Shown here in pieces: positions 40,442-50,390 of a DNA stretch of 64,000 bases. The stretch spans positions 32,630 to 96,629 of the forward strand of contig CACZNC010000008.1 of assembly GCA_902782445.1 (NCBI GenBank), in the 5' to 3' direction. How positions within the stretch are numbered: position 1 is the first letter of the stretch; each line of letters begins with the position of its first letter. The notes under the pieces were generated by a model. That model was not told the DNA's origin and made no database searches. It was given only the letters and a program-made list of their open reading frames with translations. This DNA is from an uncultured Ruminococcus sp. Lineage in GTDB: Bacteria > Bacillota > Clostridia > Oscillospirales > CAG-272. The translations under genes and the position numbers were made by a program.

Positions 40442-42925
40442 TCATTCCCCGAGAAGCCGACGGGCGGCGAGGACGAGGAACATATAATGCGAGGAGCCGC
40501 CTCCCATCACGTATTCCATCTGCTGCCAGAGGAAGGGGAATTCCAAGAGTTCCGGGAAATCCGGCCGGATCAGAGCGGTCCCGGACACCACGCCTCCCGG
40601 GATGAACGACCAGTCCGCCCGGTTCGCTCCGTATGCCACCGTCGCCGATTTCGCCCCGACGCCCGACGCGAAGGACGCCGTATTCGATCCGGGGTGACAG
40701 CCGAGAATGAAGTGCAGGGCGTTGAAGACGAGATCCTTCGGGAAGATCTCCGGGAAGGCGCGGCAGAGGAAATAATACCGGAACCCGAGGGACTGAATAT
40801 CCCACCCCGCGCCCCAGATATGCGGACGGTAGGGGATCCCGTAGGGCGTCTCCGCGCTCTCCTCTGCGTACCGGTCCGCTTCGGGGATCAGGGCTTCCCG
40901 GACCGCGAAGGCAAATCCGTCGTCCCGCATGGCATCGAGGACCCGGCAGACGATCCAGCCGAGGGAGCGGATGTTTTTCGTCACGAATTCCCGCTCGGTG
41001 AGGAGAAAATCGCGGTATTCCTCCTCCCCCGTCGTCAGGAGCAGTTCCGCGGCGGCGTGGATCTTCGCGCCCTCCGCTCTTCCCTCCCAGGGCGTGATCC
41101 GCCAGAGTTCCCGGGCGTCGTCGAGGCAGTCCGCGGCGAGATCCGGGTTGAAGTCCCGCAGCACCCGGGCGCAGGCGGCCATCTGTGCGGCGGTCGTCAG
41201 TTCGCGGGGCGGATTGTCCTCCGTGAAGACCCAGCGGTCGTCCTCATTCCCGGGGATCCCGTCGGTCATGGCCGCGGCGTCGCCGAGAAGCACATACTGC
41301 CTCAGATCCGCGCAGATAATACCCCGGTAGAGCCTTCCGAGGGATTTGTATCCGCCGGCCACCGAGAGCATCCCGTGCTCGACCTGCTGCAGAATGTCGT
41401 TCTTCCCGTCGGGCTGGTGGATCTCCACGGTCTTCGTCTTCTGATCCACCGTCGTGGCGTCCCAGTCCACGCCGAAGGCCTCGTAGGTCAGGGCGAGGAT
41501 GTAGGCCTCCCCCGCCTGGGATTCGACGCGCAGATCGTAGTCCCCCGCGTCGTGCCATCCGCCCGCGTCCAGTCCCGGAACATGCTCCCCCGGCGCGTAC
41601 TTCGTCAGGGTGGAGGGGCCCTGGGCGTAGCCGTCGATGTGGTTGCAGTTGAGGGGAGCCATCTTCGCGTCGTCGGTGTGGCACCGGTCATGCCAGACCC
41701 GGTATTTCTCGTTGACCCGCATGTGGCACATCTGGACCGGCAGGAAGTATTCGAGCACCGGCTGCCAGACCCCGCGGTCGTACACGTCCCGGGCGATGCG
41801 GAAGACGGAACTTTCGGATCCGCCGTACCGCACGCGGTAGAGTCCTTCCGCCGAAACATCGGTAAAATCGAAGATCCGGTACCGGTATCGCAGGAAGCGG
41901 CCCCAGTCCTTCCCCGCCAGTTCTTTTTCGAGCGCTTCTCCCCGCTCCGTGATCCGGTATATCCGCGCGTTCTCCTCCGATCCGTCCCGGGGATCCAGCT
42001 CCACGACGGCGGTCTTCGGCTCGGCGGGGTGATAGCCCACCTGAGAAAGCTGGATCACGGGGGCATACATCCAGTCGGCGGAGGTGTCCGGGGTGATCCG
42101 CCAGAACAGCGCGCCGGCGGTCTTTCCCCCGGGGATGGCCGAGGAGAGGACGAACCATCCGTTGTTGTGGTTCATCCGCCCGTCGAAGAGCTCGAGATCC
42201 GCCCCCTCACTCTCGACCGTGAAGCGGCGGAGCGGATCGTCCGGGCGGCAGGTGAAGCGGCGTCCCGCGGCGTAGGGCTCGGCGATCAGATCGTCGGCCG
42301 CGATGGGGCTGTATCCCTTCCCGCCGCCGGAGAGGGAGACGGGATCGGTCTTCGGTCCCTCATGTTCGACCGGGGGAAGCGTATGGGCGAGATTCGATTT
42401 CTCTTCCCGGACCGGTCCGTTCGGCTGGCGGGGGAAGATGCCGCTTTTTTTGTCCATGATCCACGGCTTCCCGAAGAGCTCCCCCGGGAACAGTTCCAGA
42501 TTGAAGCGGAGCTTGCCGAGGAATTCTTCGGGCACCGGGCGGTCGAGATCGACGCTCACGGTTACGGACTCCCCCTCGCCCCGGACGGTGACTTCATATC
42601 CGAATTCGAAATCGGGATAGATCATCGGATTGAAGCCGCGGAGGTGCCGCCCCCTGTCGGGATATTCCAGCCGGACGCGGACGGTGTCGGAAGCGGGATC
42701 CGCGATCCGTTCGATCTGCTTCGGGACGGGCTGCCACTGGCCGGGGGTGGGTTCGAATCTCAGATCCCCGTTCGTCGCAGCGCGCTTCCCGTGCAGGATC
42801 AGGCTCACTCCCGCCTGATGCCCCTCGGGATAGATATCGTCGAAGGCCATGACGTCCGCCCCGCGGTAATGGAAATAGCCACCTCCGGCTTCGAGGACAA
42901 AGCCTCTCTCTTTCGGTTCGCTCAT
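40442..42925 (-). CDS. Glycoside hydrolase family 9 with Ig-like domain
   Basis: SQVGYHP..PKTAV (CelD-N), GGWHDAGDYD, FILGCHP; no signal peptide. Confidence 0.9.
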   Translation of the reverse strand: MSEPKERGFVLEAGGGYFHYRGADVMAFDDIYPEGHQAGVSLILHGKRAATNGDLRFEPTPGQWQPVPKQIERIADPASDTVRVRLEYPDRGRHLRGFNPMIYPDFEFGYEVTVRGEGESVTVSVDLDRPVPEEFLGKLRFNLELFPGELFGKPWIMDKKSGIFPRQPNGPVREEKSNLAHTLPPVEHEGPKTDPVSLSGGGKGYSPIAADDLIAEPYAAGRRFTCRPDDPLRRFTVESEGADLELFDGRMNHNNGWFVLSSAIPGGKTAGALFWRITPDTSADWMYAPVIQLSQVGYHPAEPKTAVVELDPRDGSEENARIYRITERGEALEKELAGKDWGRFLRYRYRIFDFTDVSAEGLYRVRYGGSESSVFRIARDVYDRGVWQPVLEYFLPVQMCHMRVNEKYRVWHDRCHTDDAKMAPLNCNHIDGYAQGPSTLTKYAPGEHVPGLDAGGWHDAGDYDLRVESQAGEAYILALTYEAFGVDWDATTVDQKTKTVEIHQPDGKNDILQQVEHGMLSVAGGYKSLGRLYRGIICADLRQYVLLGDAAAMTDGIPGNEDDRWVFTEDNPPRELTTAAQMAACARVLRDFNPDLAADCLDDARELWRITPWEGRAEGAKIHAAAELLLTTGEEEYRDFLLTEREFVTKNIRSLGWIVCRVLDAMRDDGFAFAVREALIPEADRYAEESAETPYGIPYRPHIWGAGWDIQSLGFRYYFLCRAFPEIFPKDLVFNALHFILGCHPGSNTASFASGVGAKSATVAYGANRADWSFIPGGVVSGTALIRPDFPELLEFPFLWQQMEYVMGGGSSHYMFLVLAARRLLGE

Positions 42926-43163
42926 GTGTCTGCTCCTTTCCGAATCGCTCGGTTTCGGATATGCCTCGGGGTACGGCTCGCTCTGCGGGGTCGGCGTCTC
43001 GATGGGTCCGGCATACCGGGGGCTCTCCGCCTTTCTCGGGATGGTCCGGTCCCATTATACCACAGCCGCGGGCGGATGAAAAGGGGATCGGGAAAAGCGG
43101 GAGGAAAAAACTGAAAACGGCGCAGAAAAGACCGTCCTCCGAAAAGAACGGCCTTTGCGAGCT

Positions 43164-45677
43164 TCACGGCCCGAACTGCTCTTTCAGCATCCGCGCGGCG
43201 GCGGCAATCACCGGAAGGTCGGCTTCCGACACATACTCCGGCAGGAATTCCGAAAATCCGTCGTCCCAGAGCGACGCCATCCGGCCGGAGAGAAGATTGT
43301 CCCGGATCAGCACAAGGATACCTGCCGGGTGTTCGGGCGCGATCATCCCCTCCGCCGCGGTCATTCCGGTGCCCCTCAGAAGGAAGGGAGAAGGAACGGA
43401 GTCGACCGGGAACGCGCAGTCGACCTCCCAGAGCTCCAGGGCGTCGGCGGAACCGTTCTCCGGAAGCGCGGCGGACGCCACCGGATGTGCGGACCGTACC
43501 GTGCAGGCCGTCACGCCGATCCCGCGCTCCGCCAGTCTTTCTTTCACTCCGAGGATGTATTTTAGCACGGGGGCAGGAGACGCTGTGACGGTTTCGAAGG
43601 TGACGGTCAACCCCTCCCTGTGAAAGACCCGGACATTCGGACCCCGGTTTTCGTCGTCAGACCCCGGCATGACGGCGGCGAATCCCGTCCACTCGTCCCA
43701 GTTCCGCTCGGCGAGCAGGGCTTCCCAGAGCATCGCTTCCGCGGAATCGGAGTATGTCCCTGCGTACTTTTCCCCGGCGAGGCGTTCGGTCTCAGAATCC
43801 GCGTGATCGAACCACCGGATAATTTGCCCGGTTTCCGCCGAGCAGCGGGTCCCGAGGATGATCCAGAGGGGTTCGCCCTCCGTCATGTCCTCCTCCCCAA
43901 CCTCCGTCGGACCCCAGCGCCAGTACACGGGGACCGCTTCGGTGGGGGAGGCTCCGTCTGGATCGATCCGAACGGCGTCCCCGATCCCGTCGACCCTGTA
44001 CACCGTCTGCCGGAGCGCGGCATCTCCCGTGACCGCCGCCCGTTCGCCGAGGACCTGATCGAAGGAAACAACCGCCGCAAACCGCAACACTTCCGGGGAG
44101 AAGGAGAAACCGCTCCCTCGGACCAGTCCGTCGTCGAGAAAGATCCGGTCCGTCACCGATAGTTCCGCCCCCGGGGTCTCTCCGTCGAGCACCGTGATTG
44201 AAGGGCCGGTTTCCTCGGTCGGGAAGACGTAGAGGGTGCCCCCGTCGGCCTTCCGGCTCATGCCCTCCTCCCGCCGGATCGTGACGGAGCGGGTCTTCGC
44301 TTTCGCCGCGGCGAGGATCCAGATCCGGTCCGGCACCTCCGTCTTCCCGAGCATCCCGTCCGAGCTGACGGTGGGAGGCACGTCCGGTCCCGGAGAGGGC
44401 AGATCCACGCTGTTTTCGTAGATGTCGAGGAACGCGGCGACAAAGCTGTATTTTTCCCGTTCCCGGGCGTCGCTCCGTTCGGTTTCCGCGGCGCAGATCA
44501 TATAGAGGCCGAGGGTCCTTTCCGACAGCGGGGCGAGATGATTGCGCTCCCGGATCTCCCCGAGCGTGTCCCCGTAGAGGGAGAGAAAAGTGGAGTACGC
44601 TCTTTCGGGATCCTTGAACACCGCGTACCCGTTTTTATCCGCTCCCACGGCGAAATCCGGGCTGACGGCGGTGAATTTGCCCGTATCGACGTTCCCGCGG
44701 CTGATTCCGGGGATGTAGTCGCCGACGGCCGGATTCTTCGCCCCGGGCGGATCGGTGAGGAAGCAGACGGCCAGAAGGACCGCCGTGACCGCGGACAGCG
44801 CGATCGCCCAGAACGCAGGATTTTTGTAGCTGAGTACGCGCTTCACCCGGGTCTTCACGCTCACCTCTCCGAAGGCCAGCGGGCAGGCTGTGATCCGGCG
44901 GCGGGACAGGGAGCAGGCGAGGAGGCTTTCGGAATACGCGGCGCGCTCGGCGGGGGCATAGTCTTTCACGACCTGTTCGTCGCAGGCCATCTCGATATCC
45001 CGGCAGAGGAGCAGATACGCGAGCCACAGGAAGGGATTGAACCAGTGGACCGCCAACAAGAGGAACGCAAGGGGCTTGATCCGGTGGTCCCCCCGTCGGA
45101 TGTGGGCCCGCTCATGGTCCAGCACGAAGGGGGTGAGTTCTTCTCCGATGCCCTCGGGCAGATAGACGACGGGGCGGAAGAAGCCGAGCACAAAGGCGGT
45201 CGGACAGAAGGGGGAGATCTTCACGCCCTCCGAAACGGATTCGGCATCCCGGAGCCTCACTTTGAGGACGACCGTGCTGACGAGGGCATAGCCGAGCATG
45301 AGGGCGATCCCCGAAGCCCACAGGACCCCGCCCACCGCAGCGAGGACCTGCATCGGGTTGACGGAATCCCCGATCCCCGGCGCGAGGGAATCGAAGATCC
45401 AGCGGTTCAGCGATCCGTCGACGGAGGAAAATCCGGTGTCCGCGGCAGGGGTGGGAGAGGTCAGGATCCCGTCGGGCAGGGGCTTCGCGGAGGGGACGAG
45501 GCTGAGGGGCGTTTTGAAGGTCACGGGAAGGAGCAGCCGCAGTCCGACGAGCCCCCACAGGATCGGGAAGATCCGCTTCGGCGCGTGCCGGAACACCGCC
45601 CGGACCAGCACCACGGCGAGGACGATCCACACGGAGGAGAGGCTCATGTTGAGGATTTTCAGAAAGACCTCATCCAT
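43164..45677 (-). CDS. BlaR1/MecR1-like M56 peptidase with non-PBP C-terminal domains
   Basis: HERAHIRRGD, HWFNPF.W, DIEMACDE, CPLAFGE. Confidence 0.9.
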   Translation of the reverse strand: MDEVFLKILNMSLSSVWIVLAVVLVRAVFRHAPKRIFPILWGLVGLRLLLPVTFKTPLSLVPSAKPLPDGILTSPTPAADTGFSSVDGSLNRWIFDSLAPGIGDSVNPMQVLAAVGGVLWASGIALMLGYALVSTVVLKVRLRDAESVSEGVKISPFCPTAFVLGFFRPVVYLPEGIGEELTPFVLDHERAHIRRGDHRIKPLAFLLLAVHWFNPFLWLAYLLLCRDIEMACDEQVVKDYAPAERAAYSESLLACSLSRRRITACPLAFGEVSVKTRVKRVLSYKNPAFWAIALSAVTAVLLAVCFLTDPPGAKNPAVGDYIPGISRGNVDTGKFTAVSPDFAVGADKNGYAVFKDPERAYSTFLSLYGDTLGEIRERNHLAPLSERTLGLYMICAAETERSDAREREKYSFVAAFLDIYENSVDLPSPGPDVPPTVSSDGMLGKTEVPDRIWILAAAKAKTRSVTIRREEGMSRKADGGTLYVFPTEETGPSITVLDGETPGAELSVTDRIFLDDGLVRGSGFSFSPEVLRFAAVVSFDQVLGERAAVTGDAALRQTVYRVDGIGDAVRIDPDGASPTEAVPVYWRWGPTEVGEEDMTEGEPLWIILGTRCSAETGQIIRWFDHADSETERLAGEKYAGTYSDSAEAMLWEALLAERNWDEWTGFAAVMPGSDDENRGPNVRVFHREGLTVTFETVTASPAPVLKYILGVKERLAERGIGVTACTVRSAHPVASAALPENGSADALELWEVDCAFPVDSVPSPFLLRGTGMTAAEGMIAPEHPAGILVLIRDNLLSGRMASLWDDGFSEFLPEYVSEADLPVIAAAARMLKEQFGP

Positions 45678-46041
45678 CGGCGTTCTCCTTCCGGTAGTTC
45701 TCGATCATCCGGCTGATCTCGTCGATCTCGGCGTCCGTCATGTCCTTCCGTCTGGTGAACGCGGCGACGAAGGCGGGGAGGGATCCCTCGAAGGTCTTCT
45801 CCACCAGCTCGTCGATCCGGGCGGCCTCCGCTTCCTCCTTTGTGACGAGGGCGGTGACGACGGATCTTTCGTTTTTGAGCACCCCCCGTTCGGAGAGGCG
45901 TTTGAGGACGGTATAGGTCGTCGTCGGAGCCCATCCCAGCTTTTCCCGGGCCAGCTTCACAAGCTCCCGGCTGGGAACGGGGGATCTCTCCCACAGGATC
46001 AGGCAGAAGCGGTATTCGGATTCAAAGATTTTCGGCGTCAT
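45670..46041 (-). CDS. BlaI/MecI/CopY-family repressor
   Basis: SEYRFCLILW, W..TTTYTVLKRL, FEGSLPAFVAAF. Confidence 0.93.
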   Translation of the reverse strand: MTPKIFESEYRFCLILWERSPVPSRELVKLAREKLGWAPTTTYTVLKRLSERGVLKNERSVVTALVTKEEAEAARIDELVEKTFEGSLPAFVAAFTRRKDMTDAEIDEISRMIENYRKENADG

Positions 46042-46068
46042 GGATCTCTCCCCTTTCGCTGAAACAGA

Positions 46069-46118
46069 CTAATTGATTAGAGCATTTACAGTCTAACACA
46101 TTAGACAGCACCTGTCAA
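46069..46118 (-). promoter_or_regulatory. Promoter with two BlaI-like operators
   Basis: TTGACA-17-TAGACT; CTAA-N4-TTAG dyads at 46069-46080 and 46093-46104. Confidence 0.7.
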
Positions 46119-46177
46119 GGGGGTTCACGGATTTGTTACAAACGGTCCGGAGCATTGTTTTTCCGCGCATTCCCGGC

Positions 46178-46206
46178 TTGACAGAAAAGACGCGTCATGC
46201 TATAAT
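46178..46206 (+). promoter_or_regulatory. Perfect sigma-A promoter (extended -10)
   Basis: TTGACA-17-TATAAT with TG at the extended position. Confidence 0.8.
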
Positions 46207-46244
46207 ATAGGGCGAAAAACGAACGCCGGAACGGAGGCGGAGAC

Positions 46245-47000
46245 GTGAGCCTGAAAGACGCGCTGCTCGGACTGCTCTTCCCGCCGGTCTGTCTTCTCTG
46301 CGGAGAGCGGGAGGAAAAGGACGGCCTCTGCGCCTCCTGCCGGAAAAAGTTCGCCCGGGAGACCTTTCTCCGCTGCCCTGTCTGCCATGAGACCGCCGAC
46401 CGCTGTCTCTGCGGAACGGATCTCCTCCGCGGGGCGAACACGGAACTTGCCGGACGCCGCTTCCTCGCCCTGACATGGTATGTCCCCGTGAAGAACGCGG
46501 CGGAGGAGCCGGACCGGGTCACCGAGAAGATGATCCTCATGCTCAAGGACCGCGCCTCCTTCGCGGATTTCTTCGCCGGAGAGCTGGCCCGGGAACTGAA
46601 CCGCCTCTTCGAGCAGGCGGGCGAGGATCCCCGGGAGTGGACGGTATCCTTTTGTCCCCGCTCCGCCGAACGGTTCATGAAAACCGGATTCGACCAGAGC
46701 GAGGAGATCGCCCGGCGAGTATCGAAAAAACTCGGATGCCCGGCGGAAAACCTCTTTGTCCGGGTCACGGAATCAGAGGAGCAGAAAAATCTCGGCGGCA
46801 GTGAACGGAAGGCGAACGCCCGGGACAGCATCCTGCTCCGGAAAAGTAGATTCCGCAGGGGATCGAAGGTCCTTCTGATCGACGACATCCTCACCACGGG
46901 CGCGACCGTTTCATCCTGCGCCGGTCTGCTGGTTGAAGCCGGAGCCTCGAAGGTCTTTCCGGCCGTTCTCTCCCGCGCCCTCACGAAAGAAAAGCGCTGA
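46245..47000 (+). CDS. ComF-family protein (zinc ribbon plus PRTase)
   Basis: LFPPVCLLCG, LCASC, GFDQSE, LLIDDILTTGAT. Confidence 0.9.
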   Translation: MSLKDALLGLLFPPVCLLCGEREEKDGLCASCRKKFARETFLRCPVCHETADRCLCGTDLLRGANTELAGRRFLALTWYVPVKNAAEEPDRVTEKMILMLKDRASFADFFAGELARELNRLFEQAGEDPREWTVSFCPRSAERFMKTGFDQSEEIARRVSKKLGCPAENLFVRVTESEEQKNLGGSERKANARDSILLRKSRFRRGSKVLLIDDILTTGATVSSCAGLLVEAGASKVFPAVLSRALTKEKR

Positions 47001-47033
47001 CTGTTTCCCATCCCAATATCGGAGGAAGATCCC

Positions 47034-47783
47034 ATGAAAAAGATCAAACTCATCCTTACCGCCCTCGCCGCTGTCCTGGCCTTCTCCGCCCTTGCGACCT
47101 GCCTGTCCGCCGCCGACGCCGCGACCGTCGGGACCAAGGCGAAAGCCCTCAAATCCCTCGGCCTGTTTCGCGGGGTGTCGGACACCGAATTCGATCTCGA
47201 CCGCAGTCCCACGCGGGTGGAGGCCCTCGTCATGCTGATCCGCACGCTGGGGAACGAGAAGGAAGCGACGGGAGGAGACTGGAAGCATCCCTTCTCCGAC
47301 GTGCCGTCCTGGGCGGACAAATACGTGGGCTACGCTTATGAGAAGGGGCTGACGAAGGGCGTCTCCGATACCGAATTCGGGACGGGGAACGCGTCCGCGG
47401 CGACTTACGTGACCTTCATGCTCCGGGCACTCGGCTATTCCGATTCCGCCGGGGATTTCAGCTGGCAGGATCCCTTCGGCCTGGCGAAAACCGCGGGCAT
47501 CCTCCCGGATACTGTCGATCTCGAGGACTTTTTGCGGGCGGACGTGGTGGAGATCTCCTTCAGCGCCCTGAAAGCAAAGATCAAGGATTCGAAGGATACC
47601 CTCGGCGACCGGCTGATCTCGATGGGAGCCTTCACGGCAAACGATCTCAAGCTTGCAACGACCCTCGCTCCGGGCGGAGGCAGGCAGATCTTCGTCCGGG
47701 ACCCGAATCCCGCCATCCTCCCCGTCGAGCCGAAGGATCCCCTGCTCCCGATGGACGACGACGGTCCCGCCATCGGGGACTGA
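47034..47783 (+). CDS. S-layer homology domain protein
   Basis: Signal peptide; LGLFRG...PTRVEALVMLIR; HPFSDVPSWADKYVGYAYEKGLTKG. Confidence 0.88.
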   Translation: MKKIKLILTALAAVLAFSALATCLSAADAATVGTKAKALKSLGLFRGVSDTEFDLDRSPTRVEALVMLIRTLGNEKEATGGDWKHPFSDVPSWADKYVGYAYEKGLTKGVSDTEFGTGNASAATYVTFMLRALGYSDSAGDFSWQDPFGLAKTAGILPDTVDLEDFLRADVVEISFSALKAKIKDSKDTLGDRLISMGAFTANDLKLATTLAPGGGRQIFVRDPNPAILPVEPKDPLLPMDDDGPAIGD

Positions 47784-47799
47784 ATCCGGAAAATAATCA

Positions 47800-47839
47800 A
47801 AACTCCCATGCGGAAGAAACTGCACGGGAGTTCTTTTTT
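47800..47839. terminator. Terminator hairpin between convergent genes
   Basis: AACTCCC...GGGAGTT followed by a T-tract. Confidence 0.6.
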
Positions 47840-47866
47840 CGTTCGGGGCTTACCGGGACAGTCCTG

Positions 47867-48943
47867 TCACAGCTTCCACTTCGTATAGAGGAGGGAGGTG
47901 AACGGATCCCCTTCGACCTGCTGATAGTATACCGTCAGAAGGGAGCGGTCGGGAAGCTCCACAGTCGCCGGATAACCGAGGTCGCAGGGCGTCGTCTCAT
48001 GCAGGATGTATTCGTCCTCCCATGTCTCCCCGCCGTCCCGGGACACCACCGCGCGTTCTCCGAAGGGCTCCGTCCGGCGTCCGAAGGAGAGGATCACGGC
48101 CCCGGAAGAATGGAGGCAGAGATGGGGCGGGGATCCCTGGATGTGGGTCGGGACGAGGGGGGACCAGCTCCGCCCGCCGTCGTCGGAATGGGTCTCGAAC
48201 ATGGTGAAGCCGAATTCGACCTGCGCCCCCTCCCCGCGGATCATGCCGAGAAGCCTGCCCGAGGGAAGCTCGACGACGTGGGGTTCGTGGAAATTGTCCG
48301 GGACCGTGCCGTCGGGGATGGAGAGGACGGAGAGCTTCTCCCAGTTCATCCCGCCGTCCCCGCTCCGATAGGCCGCAACTGCGCCGTAGGGCAGCTCGTC
48401 TGTATACATGGCCTTACCGAGATAGAGGAGGTCCCCGTTTTTCAAGAGGATCGGGCCGTGGGGAGCCGAAACGGGAACGCGGACGGTCTTGCCCCAGGTG
48501 AATCCGCCGTCCTCCGACACCCGCAGGAAGGATCCGCCCCGGGCATGTTCCTCCGGAATGGTCGGATAGGCGTCCAGCACCCCGTCGGATCCCGGCCAGA
48601 CCTTCCGGATGTGCTCGCCGTAGCGTTCGAGATAGACCTGAGCGGGGTGGGAAAACCAGGTCACGAGGAGTTTTTTGCCGCCGAGGGAGACGATCCCCGC
48701 GTCCCGGTCGTCGAGATAGGTGTCGTTGACGACGGAGGGGATGCTCCAGGTGCGTCCGCCGTCGAAACTGCGGTAGAGGGCGGTCTTGCCGAAGGGGCAG
48801 ATATGGCTGACGCGGAAACCGGAGTCCACGGCGTAGAGCGTGCCGTCCGCGTCCATCGTCACGCTCGGCCAGCCGTGATAGCGGAAAAAGGTGTCGGGCG
48901 TGCGGCAGATCGCGCCTCGTTTGCATTCCGGGTATTTCACCAT
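47867..48943 (-). CDS. Sialidase/BNR-repeat family protein
   Basis: Five Asp-boxes (SFDGGRTW, SEDGGFTW, SGDGGMNW, SDDGGRSW, SRDGGETW); DLGYP. Confidence 0.85.
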   Translation of the reverse strand: MVKYPECKRGAICRTPDTFFRYHGWPSVTMDADGTLYAVDSGFRVSHICPFGKTALYRSFDGGRTWSIPSVVNDTYLDDRDAGIVSLGGKKLLVTWFSHPAQVYLERYGEHIRKVWPGSDGVLDAYPTIPEEHARGGSFLRVSEDGGFTWGKTVRVPVSAPHGPILLKNGDLLYLGKAMYTDELPYGAVAAYRSGDGGMNWEKLSVLSIPDGTVPDNFHEPHVVELPSGRLLGMIRGEGAQVEFGFTMFETHSDDGGRSWSPLVPTHIQGSPPHLCLHSSGAVILSFGRRTEPFGERAVVSRDGGETWEDEYILHETTPCDLGYPATVELPDRSLLTVYYQQVEGDPFTSLLYTKWKL

Positions 48944-48966
48944 GATTGTCGTCTCCTTTGCTGTTT

Positions 48967-50265
48967 TTATTCCTGTCCGCGGAGGGAGAAAAGCTGATTC
49001 AAAACGGTCCAGAGAGCCGGGAAAGGCCGCATGAGGTTCCAGACCCCGATGCCGGAGAAGCTGAAATCCGCGATCAGACGGGCTTTGGCTTCGACGGAGC
49101 GGGCGTTCTCAAACCAGACCACGTGCTCCACGGCGTCGGCGTAGGTCTCGGGGCGGTCGAAATAGGTGAAGAAAGGGGAGGCCGCTCTCTCGTCGAACCG
49201 GATCCCGGCGCGCTTCTCCTTCGCCAGCCTCACGGCCTCTTCGTTTCCGAGGGACCGGGCTTTCGATTCTCCCTGTATGAAAGGGAGCGCCCAGTCGTAG
49301 CCGTAATTCGGGAATCCGAGGGAGTATTTCCGGGGATCCGCTTCCGTGACGGCGTACTCCGCGACCCGCCGGACTTCGTTGAGCGGCGCGACGGCCATCG
49401 GGGGACCGTAGGTGTAGCCCCATTCGTAGGTCATGAGCAGGGCCCGGTCCGCGGCGTCGGCCAGAAGTCCGTAGTCGTGCCCCCGGTAGAGCAGGCCCTC
49501 CTGAGAGGCGGAAGTCTTCGGCGCGAGAGACACGGAGACCTCCGTCCCCTCCGGCAGCCCTTCCTTCGCCCGGCGGATGAAGTCGGCGTAGGCTTCGGCG
49601 TATTCGGCCGGGATGTACTCGAAATCCATGTCCACCCCGCCCCATCCCTGTTCCAATACCGCTTCCGAGAGTTCCCCGATCAGCCGGGCGGAAAGACCGG
49701 GATCGGAGAGGAGGCGGGACACCAGCTCCGGCGAAAAGGTCCCCCGCTCCGAAAGGGAGGTCAGCACGAGCACCGGGGAAACGCCGTAGGACCGGGCGAG
49801 GGAGATGAGATCTTCTCCTCCCTCCGGCTCGATCAGTCCTCCGTCGTCCCGGATGCCGAAGGAGAAAACGGAGAGTTCGCCGAGATAGGGCAGGACCTGA
49901 CGGAGCAGGGCGCGGTCGACGTCCGGGTAGACGTATCCCCCGGCGAACAGCGGACCGAGGGCGGGGGCGGGAAAGGAGATGTTCAGCTCCTGACCCGGAT
50001 AGATGAAATCCTCCCCGCCGAGGATGGGATTGTTCCGCCAGATCTGATTCAGGCTGACCCCGTACCGGGCGGCGACGGAGGTCAGAGTGTCCCCGCCGAC
50101 CACCGTATGGACCACGTCCGGCTCGAGGATCAAAAGATCCTGCCCCACAGCGAGCCGGGAGGGATCGGAGAGCAGATTATCCGCGATGATCCTCGTGGGA
50201 GTCGTCCCGTACAGGCGCGCGACGGAATACACCGTTTCGCCCCGCTCCACCGTATGAATGCGCAT
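48967..50265 (-). CDS. LysM-LysM-GH18 spore cortex hydrolase (SleL/YaaH-like)
   Basis: Two LysM repeats, DMDFEY, LMTYEWGYTYGPPMAVAP, HVVWFEN. Confidence 0.92.
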   Translation of the reverse strand: MRIHTVERGETVYSVARLYGTTPTRIIADNLLSDPSRLAVGQDLLILEPDVVHTVVGGDTLTSVAARYGVSLNQIWRNNPILGGEDFIYPGQELNISFPAPALGPLFAGGYVYPDVDRALLRQVLPYLGELSVFSFGIRDDGGLIEPEGGEDLISLARSYGVSPVLVLTSLSERGTFSPELVSRLLSDPGLSARLIGELSEAVLEQGWGGVDMDFEYIPAEYAEAYADFIRRAKEGLPEGTEVSVSLAPKTSASQEGLLYRGHDYGLLADAADRALLMTYEWGYTYGPPMAVAPLNEVRRVAEYAVTEADPRKYSLGFPNYGYDWALPFIQGESKARSLGNEEAVRLAKEKRAGIRFDERAASPFFTYFDRPETYADAVEHVVWFENARSVEAKARLIADFSFSGIGVWNLMRPFPALWTVLNQLFSLRGQE

Positions 50266-50332
50266 ATCCACCGCCTTCCGACGGGGCTCAGAAAGCCGTA
50301 CCGCGCCGCCCCGTCCTGTGTTCAAACGGTCC

Positions 50333-50361
50333 ATTGTATGCGGCGCGGCACCTTCTCATGC
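50333..50361 (-). promoter_or_regulatory. Sigma-E-like sporulation promoter
   Basis: GCATGAG-14-CATACAAT upstream of the YaaH-like gene. Confidence 0.55.
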
Positions 50362-50390
50362 GGGAAAAGGGGGAAATCTCCCGCTCAGCT

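Noticed and set aside
42926-43065. Riboswitch in the ~130-nt GH9 leader
   Set aside because: A hairpin next to the RBS is present, but no aptamer consensus I can recognise.
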